From Eledone cirrhosa (lineage: Eukaryota), in NCBI GenBank assembly GCA_964016885.1, contig OZ024740.1, forward strand, positions 154,876,001 to 154,940,000: DNA of 64,000 bases, written 5' to 3'. The position numbers and the translations under genes were made by a program. The notes beneath the pieces were generated by a model. It did no database searches, was not told where the DNA came from, and saw only the letters and a list, made by a program, of their open reading frames with translations. Positions 26,691 through 40,900 of the stretch are shown here, one piece after another (positions within the stretch are counted from its first letter, which is position 1; every line of letters starts with the position of its first letter).

Positions 26691-27905
26691 TTTGCCACAA
26701 GGACGCACAAGAAAAGGGGACGATACAAAGACACATGCCGGGGATTTTACATACGGTCGGGTAAAAATATTGAAACAAACAATTTTAACAATCAAAATCC
26801 CCAATAGGGGGAGGCGCCACAAATGGGTTGTTTAATACCCCGTCGATAGAACAACCCTCAACTTCAGGAGCGTGTTGTGCGAGTGCTCCTTCCTTTTGCT
26901 CCATTCTTTAACCTACAGGCTTATAAACAGAGAAGGCCCAATCACTCGGGCCATTTTCGCTTCATACACCCACCTTTCAGTAAATTTACTGGGGTGCAGT
27001 GCCTCTCTCTCCAGTCTGATTCTCCTTCTAAAGTGATACTTAAAGAAGGGAATCAATTGTTATCCAGAGAGAACGGCATCTGTCCTCAGTCCTCTCAATC
27101 TCGTCCACCATATAACCTCTTTCACCATAGCCACTGTACAGAGGAAAACCGCCTCTCTTTCGTTTTTGAAAGAGGCTGGCGGTTTGATCCTTACTATGGA
27201 CTCAGCAGTCAACTGGATTTGTCCCATACGTGACAGCAGTTGTTCTGCATAGTTCCACAGGTCACTTACTCCCGCACAGTGTACAATTGCGTGCAAGACG
27301 GTTTCAATGTCCTGATCGCATCTTGGACACGTCCTCTTGGAAGGATCCGTGCGTGTAGATCTTATCTTGAAAAGGTAGAGCTCCTCGGTAGTACTGCCAG
27401 GCCAGCGACCTCTGGAAGTTGTCCATAGGTTCCGGGCGGAAAGTCCTACCAAACAGACTGTTGAGCTCGTCGTCTTCGACGCCTAGTGTCTCCCTGAGCA
27501 CGTCGTCGCACTTGTAAAATACTAACCCTCTATAGAATGTGGTGTCTCTACTGATTCTGTGCCCGCTTGACAGAGGACTGTGAGCGCCTGGGCGCATTCA
27601 ATGTGCCAGGCACCCATCTTCGGTCTTCGTTTCACCCAGGACTGCAGCTCCGTCAGCGAGACAAGTTGTGGGAAGGCCTGTCTCACAAACGATGCCCACA
27701 CCGGTTGATTGGTGAGGAATACCTGGAGATGCCGTAGCCTAAACGCATGCACAGCCCTCCTTTGGAAGAGTGTTGACAGCAGACGGATCTCCTCGACAGT
27801 GGAGCCTGCTTATTCCACAGGAACTGGAAGAGCATGCGTTCCATCTTGGTGAGGTATTCACAGGGACAAGGCACGACAGTCAAGCGGTAATTGATCTTCA
27901 AATAC
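26690..27905 (-). mobile_element. Tx1/L1-clade LINE 3' fragment nested in the Hydra PLE
   Basis: FQFLWN...KGGL; CPRCDQDIETVLHAIVHC; frameshifted. Confidence 0.8.
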
Positions 27906-28812
27906 AATTATGGTTTTACGGGCCGCAAGGATGACATCAATTTTGGATCTAGTAAGGTCACTATTGTTCATAGCCATAATTAATGCCTTGTTTAATAGGA
28001 TAGGGGGAATAGAGGTGTAGTACGAATTAATATCAAATTGTATAATTTTTTTTTTTTATTCTCATTAATATCATTGAACCATTCAATAACTTCACCAGTA
28101 TTTCCCCACAGGTTAGGATATATTTTATGTTTAAATTGGGGGGTGATTCTGTCTAATATATTTTTTTGCTGATAATTCCAATGTCAGATTTGGAAGGGCA
28201 AATTAGTCTTATAGATGGGTTACTATTAAAGTCTTCCCGATGGTCTTTCAGAGAGAATCTTGGGGGGTTAGGGGTGTATGGCTGTGTATATCTCTGAAGT
28301 TCTAATTTACATACTATACTATGGCCTTCTATATTTATATCTTCTAGGTTTTTAATAGTGGTTTTCTTATAGCTCCTATGCAGTTCTTTATATATAAATT
28401 TTCTATATGTATCGTAATCTAGGCTATATATATTATTAGTTTTATCAGCATGTACTAGAATTTTCTTATTTTTATTAAATCTTTTAATAGTGGAGTTAAG
28501 GTTGTTTAAGAAGGTGTTGTTTCTATTAGGATGTTTTCTATACCTTATGCTCTTAACTAGTTTTATTAAATCATTTTCGAAAGAGTTTAATAAAGTGTTG
28601 TGAGGTGGGCTTTTAAAAGTTTTAAAGCCATAAGAGTCGAAATTGTTTGCATCACTGTTTTTGTCTGTTCGGTTTCTATCGTAATGGAATGTCCTCCATC
28701 TCACTCTATTGATAAATGAGTTGACACTATTAATCAATAATTTTTCGTACGTATCCCTAGATGGTATTGGGATGTTCTTAGTAGATATAGGAAGATAATC
28801 TTTGATCAGCAT
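27905..28812 (-). pseudogene. Hydra-PLE N-terminal region and start of RT (frameshifted)
   Basis: ORF 28153-28812 plus downstream NLWGNTGEVIEWF...IQFDINSYYTSI (RT motif A). Confidence 0.85.
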
Positions 28813-28851
28813 ACTGGTAATTTTATGTATGTTAGCTCAACAGTATGGAGC

Positions 28852-28889
<38 letters not shown>

Positions 28890-29713
28890 TTTATACTTAT
28901 ATATATATACACTATATATAATTATAAACAGTAAGGTCAGAAATTCATTACCACCTTATTACCAGTAAGAAAAATAGCTCAATGTAAATACATCAGATGT
29001 TTTACAAGGCCGGAATATAAATTACAGAATAATCAAAACTATGTTCAAAACATTTTATTGCTGACAATCGTTTCTTCCAAACTTTCGTTTGGAATCATCG
29101 AAGCACTAGCAAAGTTTAGACAGATCACTCCATAACAACTCGAACCCTTGATAAGATTGTAATTGGACCAATATACAATCCACAGTTATAGCTACCAATA
29201 AACATCTACTAAAATATAACCAATGTAATGGAAAAGAAAACCTTAATATTAATACTCACAACATATGTACATTTGAACATTACCGGAACAATTATCACAT
29301 ACATCCACCATTAACTTCATAGAAACTGCTTTTCATACCCAAGCATCCCTGTCTGCTTAATATGCTTTTATACCTGTATTGTATTATGTGATACCTTTGC
29401 CATACTGTGATATATATGCTTAGTACCATTGCTTGTTTCTTACCTGGGTATTCTGTACATGCCTAACACATCTGCACTCTTCCTATACGCTTGCATATGT
29501 ACTGCTAATGTCCTCGTTTTGCGAGTAACTTTCTTCTTTATTTCCTCTATAATTGTTGTATTATTCTTTTATAATCTTTGTCGCACCCACTAATACTGAC
29601 CACATCATCTTCACTCTTTAAATATGACACTGTTAATGACAACACTAACATCTACGTATCTTTACGATTGTTCTGTGGAATAGGAGGTTAATTATATGTC
29701 TAAACTTTGCTAG

Positions 29714-29760
29714 TGCTCCGATGATCCCAAACGAAAGTTTGGAAGAAACAATTGTCAGCA
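29714..29760 (+). ncRNA. Minimal type I hammerhead (inverted pLTR copy)
   Basis: Reverse complement of 24441-24487. Confidence 0.78.
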
Positions 29761-29811
29761 ATAAAATGTTTTGAACAGAGTTTTGATTATTCTGTAATTT
29801 ATATATATATA

Positions 29812-29998
29812 TATAGGAAAAGAGTCAGGACCCCGACAGCTGTGCTTCGGCCGTTTCGACAGCTAGATCTAGCTGTCGAAACAGGCGGAGCTCAGTTATC
29901 GGGATCCTGACTCTTTTCTTATTACCCACTCTTCTACCCTAAGTATCGAGTACTCTGGTGCGTTATGGTCTACCACACTTCTTTACCACACTTCCTTC

Positions 29999-30003
<5 letters not shown>
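29812..30003 (+). mobile_element. Small fold-back element (112-bp hairpin plus tail), likely PLE pLTR-derived
   Basis: Perfect 30-bp palindrome at 29853-29882; arms carry an HHR 3' half (GAAAcggc...gctgTC); (TA)n on both sides. Confidence 0.6.
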
Positions 30004-30045
<42 letters not shown>

Positions 30046-30073
30046 TAGATATATATAGATATATATATATATA

Positions 30074-31060
<987 letters not shown>

Positions 31061-31339
31061 CTTGTCATATAACAAATATATAAGTATATTTTATTATAGT
31101 TGTATACATTTACATTAGAATAACGTTGCAAATATGTTTTACATATACACATGAATAACATAACAAATGCGTAAATAACACCAAAAATTGCTCGCAATTC
31201 GTTCAGAAGGACAAATATATCTAAACCATATATAATAACACAATAATATAAATTCATGAACAAAAAAAGACAAAGGAAAGAAAAACGAAGGGAAATGTGT
31301 GTAGGGGGGGGGGGGGGGGGAGCAATTCACCACCAATTG

Positions 31340-32870
31340 TTACAATCTGGAATACCTCCCACCTTGGGGTTCACTGCACACTTTGAGGCAAGCCAACACA
31401 CTCGCAGCATTACCACGGGTGATGGCGAGGCTAAGGCACTGAAATAACCAAGCCCCCTCACGGGCAACACCTGACACCTCAGTAATCCGAGCCGCCAGTG
31501 AAGACAAGAACTTCGCTATCAGCGGCCCAACTCCACCGAACGTCTCGAACTCCACAGGCTGGAAAAAATAATTGTTTGATAAGTCCTGGTATATCCGAAT
31601 TCTTTTCCGTTCGGCAGCGGAAGTAGTGACCCCACATTCACCGCAGCGTCCATGGTGTGCGTGGGGGTGGGGGAAGAGTGACTGACTGTGACGTCCCACA
31701 GAGACACCTGCCTCTCACCCAGGGACAAAGGGCAAAACCGTCTAGTCTCTTCCCGTCACTTCTGGATAAACCAGCCGACTTCAGAACTGTGGGAATATTA
31801 ACCCGAGCCAGGGCCCGTTTGATGATCAGATTTAGCTCGGTGTGGCGAGCAAAACAACCAGCATGAATGCTGGCGGCAGGACAAACCATGTAAACCTGTG
31901 GAGTCGAGGGACCTATTACAGCGACATCTCAGACCCCAACAGGCATCGGCTTCCACACGAAGTGCAATGGAGATGCGGAGTTCGTCCTGACTGAGAATGC
32001 CACCAATGTTGGCCACAGACAGAGCATCAATCCAGTCCCCCGAGAACTTTGCGCTAGGTGAAAGTAAGCGGCACCTAGAAAATTGATCGAAAAGATAAGA
32101 GAGAGAGTTCGAAGTTTATCTCGAACGCAGATTGTCCCATATTCTCTGTTTCCATCTATCCTCATCAGTAACTGGGACTGGCAAACCCAGCTCTCTCCAC
32201 TGTAATAAAGCTTCATCCAACTCCCTGGAGGAACTAATCCAAACTGGAAAGGAGAGGATGTCACCTACCAAAGAGGAGCAAGCGTGGTTGGAGGAAAGAA
32301 AGAAAGGTAGGGACAATGAAGTTGTCGTGGGACACTGGAGAGAGTCGGACATTGACCAAATACTCGAGCTCACTGAATGTTAGATCGTCGAAGCGTTGGA
32401 GAGACAACGAGAATTTGTAAGAGGGACTAACTCTAAGGAAATACAACAACTTAGGGATTGACAGATAATTGCGAAGAAATGAAAAAACCTTGGTGAGGCT
32501 CAATGACTTCGAGGATTTTTAAAAGTTGTTTGAGGTTAGCCAACTTAGATAGAAAGATGAACTCGAAGGCTTGATCAGTAACTGGGGCCCCAAGGGAGCA
32601 CCACGCCGATGGGGGAGGAACCGCGACGGAGCGGAAGGACTCTGTGAGCAGGTCAACAGTCTGCTCATATGAAGCTGGGTGGTTGAGGATCCCGAGCTCG
32701 TATTTCGAACTGTTGACGTGAAGGCCCCTACGGCCCAGCTCCTCAATCATTGTCTTGGCAGTTGCAAGGACCTTGTCTGGGGGACCCCCCAAGCAAGCAT
32801 CATCCAGATACCAGACATTCAGATCCAGGTCAGCTCGCAACTTGGTGACTACATTGGATATACCCGCAGG
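31340..32870 (-). mobile_element. CRE-clade (RLE-type) non-LTR retrotransposon, 5'-truncated and frameshifted
   Basis: WYLDD RT motif; CRC...HGLSC zinc knuckle; RHTELN, KRLDG, WDVTV, ETFG, LSLAITRGNA restriction-like endonuclease motifs. Confidence 0.85.
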
Positions 32871-35154
32871 CAATGATAGAAATAAAATCATTGTGTGTGT
32901 GTGTGTGTACATATACGTACTGCAACGGATGGGTCAATACTGGCTTTAGATGGGTTTGCGAGTAAAAACTCTATTTTCTTTATGTATTTGAGGTTTTATC
33001 TCTAAAAGGTACTTACTTAACAACGACTGCTGTAGACTTAATCAAACAGAGGTAAATCATTCAGCGTATAAGACGCTAGTTTCTCTATATGTAAATTCTA
33101 AAATAAAAAAAGCTACAGGACCTATCCAGCAACTAGGAAAACATGAAATATAGTGCCATAATTGGAAAGAACAAGTCTGATACGTCATCTATTCCATATA
33201 CTCTCCTAGACACATGTCAGAAGAGAGGGATGCAGGTGAGTCAGTTGATATGTCCTATAATTTTGAGGGTCCTAATCCTCTTAATCTCTAATTCGTTCCT
33301 TTTCTTCTGTTAGATCTAAGTATACCAAGTACACTACATGCATATGTCCGTGACCTATATATAAATCACTTGTATTTAGTATTGATTACTAAAATACTTA
33401 ACGAGCAGTTTGAAATGGAGCCTACAATTTACACCTGCCCTGGGCCTATTATCAGCTTTACACAAGCCTAACTCTACATACATATTTAACGAAGGGTATA
33501 AGTAAGTTATTGTTAGAAGGATTAACATGATTGTTAGATGAAATAACAAGAACAAATTTTAGAAGGCTGCGTTGTTTTACGATTTAGAGGGGAGTTCGTT
33601 TCCCTAGCTTGGCTGCTAGAACATCTCTTCTATTTGTTGTTAGGTGTAGGTAAACAATTAAGCAAAAAGAACATACCTCGAGATTATATGTACATGAGCA
33701 TTTTAATCAGAGCAATAAACAAAACAGGTTATCATATCAGTTGCTCCTTGATTGGTAATTCGTAATTATCATTAAGTGGCGGTGTTCAAATATCCCGTGA
33801 CCGCATGGTGCAATATTGGTGTTTCGCCACTGTGAAATGCGTCTGGTCGCATCAAGACACAAAGTCGAAGAGTGTGTATTCAGCTACTGACGTCAGAACT
33901 AAGGGCAGTTAATCGACTGCCTCCAAAGTCAAAGCTAGGTGGCGTGATCTTCTACAAAATGATTTACTTTATATATAAAGGTTTACTTCACTTGAATCAA
34001 AAAGAACAATAATCAAGTTACCACGAGTTGCGAAGGCTGACAATGTTATTTTGTTGTTGGTGTGAAAACAGCGAGCGACCAGATAAAGTTTGTTGGTGGT
34101 TGCAGTCCGTAGTAGTAGTTCTCGTCATGAGTCTGGTTTAGTCTGCGACCAGGAGAGAAAGAAAGTAATGGTCTATAGACATCTGAATGGTCTGTAGTTG
34201 ATTATAGACCACTGTGGTCTGTAGATAGCGGTGAATCATTCACATAGCTTGTAATAGCGTACTGCTCCGATCGCTCTGTATGTCTGTAGACCTCTGGGGC
34301 CTGAAGGTAGCGATGAATCTTTCACATAGCTTGTCTGTATCATGGTGCTCCGATCTCTCTGTCTCTAAAGTGGGAAAATATAGGCTTTATATACATGTCG
34401 CTCTCTGTCTCCCACCTTGAGGAGATAGCCCACGCATGATCCTGTTCACACCAAAAGGGTGGTGACCTAGAGTTTGACCTTTAGGTGTCACCCAAGGTTC
34501 AAGGCGTGGACAGATTTCGCTACACATCTACATTTAAATTATTTCAAACTCTATACAATACATGATAAGTCAGTTAGTGAAAGTATTTCTAACATTTAAA
34601 ATACATTGCTATGTTTGAAATATGTTTAGACTTGCTAAGATTATAAGGTTACTCTCTGTTTATTACACTACTTTTGACAAATCATGTGCTGAACTAAAGG
34701 TCATCCTAAAGGACAAAGCAATAAGTCTCCACAACCGATCAATACCTTGACAGTTATGTGATTGGTTGAACATAACCTGGGCTTTATAATCTCAATATTA
34801 TCCTATGCCAAACATTTAATATGTTTTTAGACATTAAATTTGTTTTCACATTCGGAAATATACACACATATATTTACGTACATCATTTTATCTTATTATT
34901 CCAATAGTTTTATTGCTATGGCATATTTTTACTGTAGACACGAAGTCAGACCTTTGCACCTTGGGTATATGCAGTGGCTTTTTTATTTATTATATTGAGA
35001 TGTCAATATGTAATACATGTTTGTAAACACCTAATAGAGCTATTTTGGGAGTTGGGTATAGTTGTAACTCTTTCCCAATAGAAGAAATCGTTATTACAAA
35101 AATAACTACAACAAAAATATCAATAAAAAAAACAAAGACCTCTCCATTTAGTAG

Positions 35155-35420
35155 GTAGAGGCGATGTATGAATATTGATTTCTCACATAAGTGCAGTGGA
35201 GATACGTAAGGTCGTGGGATCGATCACTGGACCGGATGACCAATTGTTAGGTGAAGTAAGACACTTAAGTTGACGTTACTTCAGTTTACTAATCTGAAAA
35301 CTAGAATACTAGCACCAACTGATGGGAGTTAACATTATGACAGACTGGTGTCCCATCCAAGGGTTATGTACTCTCAGTTGCTTAATGTCACATGAAAGAC
35401 ATTATCTAATTATATAGGTC
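35155..35420 (+). mobile_element. Degenerate tRNA-derived CORE/V-type SINE
   Basis: AAGGTCGTGGGATCGATC B-box-like; AGTAAGACACTTAA; GACTGGTGTCCCATCCAAGGG. Confidence 0.45.
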
Positions 35421-36379
35421 TACAACAATCGAGTATGACTTAGTAATATCTAACACGTTTTCATTAAGGGCTTTAGGAGAATATGTAGTCACTAGCAGAT
35501 ACAAAAGCCCTCGTCACCCTCCTTCCATTGATCCAGCAGAACGTCCAGGGTGTGATAAACGATAGAAAAGATGGCTGCACCATCACTGGATGAGTACTTA
35601 CATTATCGACCATGAAAGGATGAACCGAACAAATATCCCACGCTCTAATGACTCTGCCAAATCAACCATCTTGGTACTTGGTAATAGGTAAGAACTGTTA
35701 GGGAGAAAAGTAGTGGATGATATCAACTACCATTCTAGTAATTTATATTATTGATTCCAGAAAGATGACTTCGGTTCATAAGCACACGTGTAAATTGATC
35801 CCCACGACAGTTTTACCTATAGGTATTCTAGTTTTATCGATCAAGGGAACTACTTCATCACTAGTGTAAATGACTATATAGTCCAAAGACACTTGTAATG
35901 CAATCCTTGGGCAGAATCATCGTACCAGAATGTGAGGGAGAGAAAGACAGAGAGAGAGGAGAGAAATTCCCACTATGGAAGAAATTACTGGTCACTGGGA
36001 AACCTTGAACCAGTGATTCCCAACATAGTCATTATTGCACATTTGGGGGCGTTGGGAGAATTAAGAAAGGCATTGAATGTCAAGTGAGGATTAAGGCGAA
36101 TCCTTGGAAAGCAAGGGTATTGAGGGAGGAAAGGGGAGAATAACACACGTTAGTATTTACTCGTGAAACTGTCATATTTGTCACTAAATATTTAAATCAA
36201 ATTTAAAATATTAAAATTTAATTTTCAATAAATAATCTTTAATTCACTTTACAGTAAGATGGTGGTGTTAATGAAATATATTCTCTAAAAGTTTTCGGAA
36301 AAAAGCATTAAACTTTCCAATACACACAACACAATCTTTAAACAATGAAAGAATTATAGAGTAAGTACACACACACACA

Positions 36380-36439
<60 letters not shown>

Positions 36440-36723
36440 AGATAGTGTTATAGAAACAAATCCTGAAGTGTATTTGTAGATGTTCATTAATCCATAGGCA
36501 CATTGCCTGTGTATCCAATTTGATTGGATCCATCTATAATAGACTCCACCTGTTTAAGAAGCCATGGCCTGGTATCGAACACTAGACCTAATGACTGAGA
36601 AACGATCGTCATAATACTGTTGTTTAATCACTTATTTAAACACACCCATTAAAACTGTTGGCTTATCACTATTTAATATATTCTGAATGAAAAGTAAAAA
36701 AATGTCAGTTGGTTGATGTAGCA

Positions 36724-36807
36724 GTCAGGATGGCCGAGCGGTCTAAGGCGCTGCGTTCAGGTCGCAGTCGAGTCTTCCCGGCGTGGGTTCGAATCCCACT
36801 TCTGATA
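36724..36807 (+). tRNA. trnL-CAG: tRNA-Leu (CAG)
   Basis: GTCAGGATGGCCGAGCGGTCTAAGGCGCTGCGTT-CAG-GTCGCAG...GTGGGTTCGAATCCCACTTCTGATA; G1.U pair, one variable-arm mismatch and no clear T-run terminator, so function is uncertain. Confidence 0.88.
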
Positions 36808-37194
36808 ACTCCCCCCCTTAAATCATGTAAAGCTTTCTGTGGAGTACAAATATTCTACTGACAATAGTTCCTGCACATTTCTATCGAGCAACGCCACTTA
36901 ATAAAATATAATGGATACATTTTATCATGGCAGAACGATGTAGTGTTAGCCAGGTGATGAGAGGTATTATTGGGAAAGTATGACAGATGAGTAAATGTAG
37001 AGAGAGTAAAGGCAGCTAGAAGTTAGATGTTCGTTCTACAGCTTTTGAAACAAGTATCAGGTATATTAGAACAGATTTCTAAATACATACATATGCACAT
37101 ATGTGTGTGCATATATATATATATACAGCAGTAAAAACTTGATTCAGTGGAATGATACGTGATTTCCCCCCCCCCCCCCACACACACACACACA

Positions 37195-37745
37195 GCCCCG
37201 GCGGACAGAATGGAGAAGGCGTTTCCCCGGAGGACGGCAAGGGAGACGCGCTGGAAAAGCCACTCCAACTCGCGGGGCTCACACCTGCGGCTGGCCAGCT
37301 CAGCGCCTATGGTGGTGAGTAGGGAGGTAGCCCAAAGGCCGAAGTCTCCACTGCCAGGGTTACAACCGCAAACCTGTCGGAGAGCGATCGGTATTTGAGG
37401 AGTTTGGCCTCCTCGGCCTGACATGCAGCAGAACCTGGGTTAGTCGCAGACTGCACCAGGTTGCGGCTGCAGAAAGTGTCGGTGCAAGTGGCATCCCAGA
37501 CGAGGGGTTTTCCACTGCGGAACGGGAAGATGGTCTTTTGCCGTCCCCTCGGTCCAGCCCACCGGCTCGAGCCTGGAAAGGAAGCCTGCAGCGTCCAAGC
37601 CATGCTTTATGACCTCGTTGAGGGCAGCATGGCGTGGATGGCGGCCGGCACTGTGGCGACAGGAAAGCGGGTTGAGGCCGAAAGATTCCACGGTGGATCC
37701 GCAGCGACATTGGTGTGGCTCGCACACATTCACCATCCCAACGCA
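37195..37745 (-). mobile_element. CRE-clade retrotransposon 3' fragment (second family)
   Basis: CRCG...LSC...RHAALN; WDATC; LFQRVSLAVLRGNA. Confidence 0.82.
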
Positions 37746-38185
37746 AAATATGAACAGAACTTCTTCAACATTCGATTTTTAATGTTTACTTTTTAATTCT
37801 TAACTTTTAATATTTGAAAACATGGATAACATCGGAGTTAGATGTTTAGAGAGATAGGGGGGCAAGAGTGTCAGAGACAGGCTGGGAAGAGAGAGAAGGA
37901 AAGAGATTACTGCCATAAGAGGTTTCAGTCCCGAAAGGGTGGTGTTAAATATAGTTGATTACAAAGTTTAGAAAACAGCATTAAACTTTCCAATACACAC
38001 ATCAAAATCTTTAAACAATGAAAGAATTATAGAGTAAGTAACTGAAGAAGCACTTGTATCATTAAAAATCCTTCGACAGAATTAGATACTGTGTGTTTGT
38101 GTGAGTACACGCGTGTGTGTCAGCTTATCACTGTTCGTTACATTCGTAATCATTTTTTTTTTAATGTCAGATGGTTGGCGCAGCA

Positions 38186-38269
38186 ATCTGGATGGCCGAG
38201 TGATCTAAGGCGCTGCGTTCAGGTCGCAGTCGGGTCTTCCCGATGTGGATGTGAATCCCACTTCTGACA
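38186..38269 (+). pseudogene. tRNA-Leu(CAG) pseudogene
   Basis: Same anticodon arm; T-loop mutated (GGATGTGAATC) and acceptor-stem mismatches. Confidence 0.85.
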
Positions 38270-38511
38270 ACTAATTTTACTTTTTTTTTTTTCCTTAGAT
38301 GTTTTGTTAAGCATTCTAGGAGAATAGATATTTTAATTTCAGTAGCTTCCTACACTTTTCTATCTTGACAAGAAGACTACCACTTAACAAGGGGTAGTCG
38401 GGACATTGTATCGTGGCACGAATACTAGAAAGAACAATGTATTGTTAAAAGGGCAAAGAAGGGTATTAATGGGAGAAGGATATGAAGGTATGACAGGAAT
38501 TATAAAGTATA

Positions 38512-40821
38512 TCTATATATATAAAGTGAAGTTGGGCATTGTTTGTTTGTTTGTTTGGTGTCCCGAACTTACAGGCTACACCCTTCATCCGATTTTCATG
38601 AAACTTGACACATATATAAAACTCGACCCGTACATTGGAATAGGCTACGATAATCGGACCCCCAGAGGCAAAAATAGATATTTTCAGAATTCGTCCGATT
38701 TCAATGAAATTTGATATTACCAATAGATCCATTAGGAGTTACTCCAAGGCTGCAACAATTCAGAAAGTTTTTTTAAACTCATAAATCATGCGTTAAATGA
38801 GACCTTTAAGAGTTAGGGCAGACAATTATTCATAATTTAATTATCAATGGCGCAATATTGTGGAAATATGCAAATCTACGCCTTTCTTTATGGGAAAATG
38901 GAAGGCTTTACAAACAGATATTCAGGGTTCTTTGAGTAGAATTCTTAATTCTTAAATAATTGTACAGTCAACAAATATATGACAGAATGTTTTTCATATT
39001 TTTTTCAAAAATCTTTCGATTTCAATGAAATTTAATGTGTATGTATTCGAACACAAGCACTTTTAGTTTACACCGGATGCAATCAAACCCAATTTCATAT
39101 GCCCATATAAGCACGCACACTGTGACTCACGCGCGTTATTGATTGGACGGCCTGACTATACCACGAGAAGTATGTTTTCTCAACGATAGATACACAAACA
39201 GGTATGCACGCACGTGCGAACCGCCTTTTTCTCTTTGTGTGTATCCGCTTTTTGTGAACAACAATAAATCCGGCCGTCTCACTAAACGGACCTTTACAGA
39301 ATTTGCCCACTTACTTATCGGTGAGTTAGTGCTTATTTATTTAGTCTACTTGCATGCCATTTCAGTTAAATTTAATTCATTTTTCGCCTTCCTTAAATTT
39401 AAAAATCCCCATTGGGACTAGGGGATTGTCGACATGTTAGCGTTAAACTTTTTATATTCCCCCTTATTCAAGTGCAAATACAGTATTATCCCTATCTGAA
39501 AGGAAACCAAATTTAATGGTGTCTTTTGTGATGCCAAAAAGCTAAAAGCGGTGAGTAAATTTTCAAACAGTCTTAAATAATCATGCTTTTTGAAAATAAT
39601 TTACTAAATAATACTTTGACCAAGTTGTATTGGACACATACAAAGTTGTAAAAAAATGTTACGTCCGTACCAATTTTTTCCTTTTTTAAACAAAAGGTTC
39701 TAAAAAATTACTTAATTCATAACACTACTGTCACAGCCTTTTGCACAGGAAGTGAGTAAGTTTTCGGGTTTTTAAACGTAAGTTCACCAGGGTTTGTGTC
39801 TTTTCCATTATTAGCCCACCTCTAATGGCATTTTTTTGTTCTGTTTACGACTAAATGTTATGAGCGTATTTGCAAATTACTATTGTTCTTTAATTTTTTT
39901 AATTAGTTGTCATAGACCATCTGCATGCAGTGCAATTGATTGCGCACACGCACACACCTGCATGCAGATAAACACTGACAGCTAATAAAAAATCGATAAT
40001 TTGCTTATTAAGACATCGGTCAAAAAGAGAGATTGAATGTACTTTAGAAAATGTTTTGAATATATTGTTCTTTTTGGCATGATATGTCAGAAATATAGCT
40101 ACTATTCACTTTGGTTATTTTTTTGTAACTAAGAAACGGTTCCTTTTGGGTGGATACTTAACGAGAAAGATCCCAGGGTTTTGGACAAGTTTGTTTCAAG
40201 CACTGTATAGACGCCAATTTTGTCACACCTTGGTCATGAATTCGTATTCTTTTCCAATAGATACCGTATTTTCCGCTCTATAAGGCTCACCGGGATATAA
40301 GGCGTATCATTTTGCAGAGGAGTCCACGGCAGACAGAGACAACAGGCTTGCTGCTAAGCGTTCCCGGCATACATTAGCTACTGCTGCCAAGAGCTCAGGC
40401 TGAGTAAAAGCAGCCTTCAGATATAACCCCTCTGAGGATTACGGACTTCTGCCTACAGTTTCCATTGGCAAAATGGATAATGTCTGTACATCCTGCAAGG
40501 CAATGAAGTGGCCATGCGAGGCGCCTTCTATGTGCTGTGCAGGAGGTAAGGTGCAACTAGAGGCATTGACTGACCCGCCAGACGTTCTTTTGAATCTACT
40601 TACAGGTGACGACACTACGGCTACAACGTTCCGCCGTAACATGTGGAAATACAACTCCTGTTTCATGATGACCTCCTTTGGTGTAGACAATAACAACACC
40701 AACAACAGCGTGAACCCCAACAACAACGTTGCACCTGTGATGCGCGGGAAGTAACTTTCACACATTTTTACAACAGAGCAAAGGTCGACTTAAACCCGGG
40801 CAACGCCGGGTACTTCTGCTA

Positions 40822-40822
<1 letters not shown>
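38512..40822 (+). mobile_element. Non-autonomous Helitron with an N-terminal RepHel remnant
   Basis: A|TCTATATATATAAA 5' end; CCCGGgcaacgCCGGG hairpin plus CTAG|T 3' end; ORF 40473-40754 CTSCKAMKW...CCAGGKV...FRRNMWKYNSCFMMTSFG. Confidence 0.9.

Positions 40823-40900
<78 letters not shown>

Larger units (their letters stand above)
24250..29805 (-). mobile_element. Hydra-clade Penelope-like element with 3' pLTR, partial 5' pLTR and an inverted pLTR copy
   Basis: N-terminus STKNIPIPS...RVRW...YGFK...ADKT...LKDH...RLICPSKS; C-terminal CNCRTNRTCPLGKNCL + IIY...YIG GIY-YIG; 28860-29122 repeats 24250-24503; 29121-29805 is an inverted copy of 24397-25081. Confidence 0.9.

Noticed and set aside
24250-29805. 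Assignment to the Naiad/Chlamys PLE clade
   Set aside because: The GIY-YIG domain is C-terminal to RT with a CxCx5C linker, which fits the Hydra clade, not N-terminal-EN elements.
34044-34524. Possible solo LTR (TG...CA, internal short repeats)
   Set aside because: No TSD, no second copy and no clear PBS or PPT.
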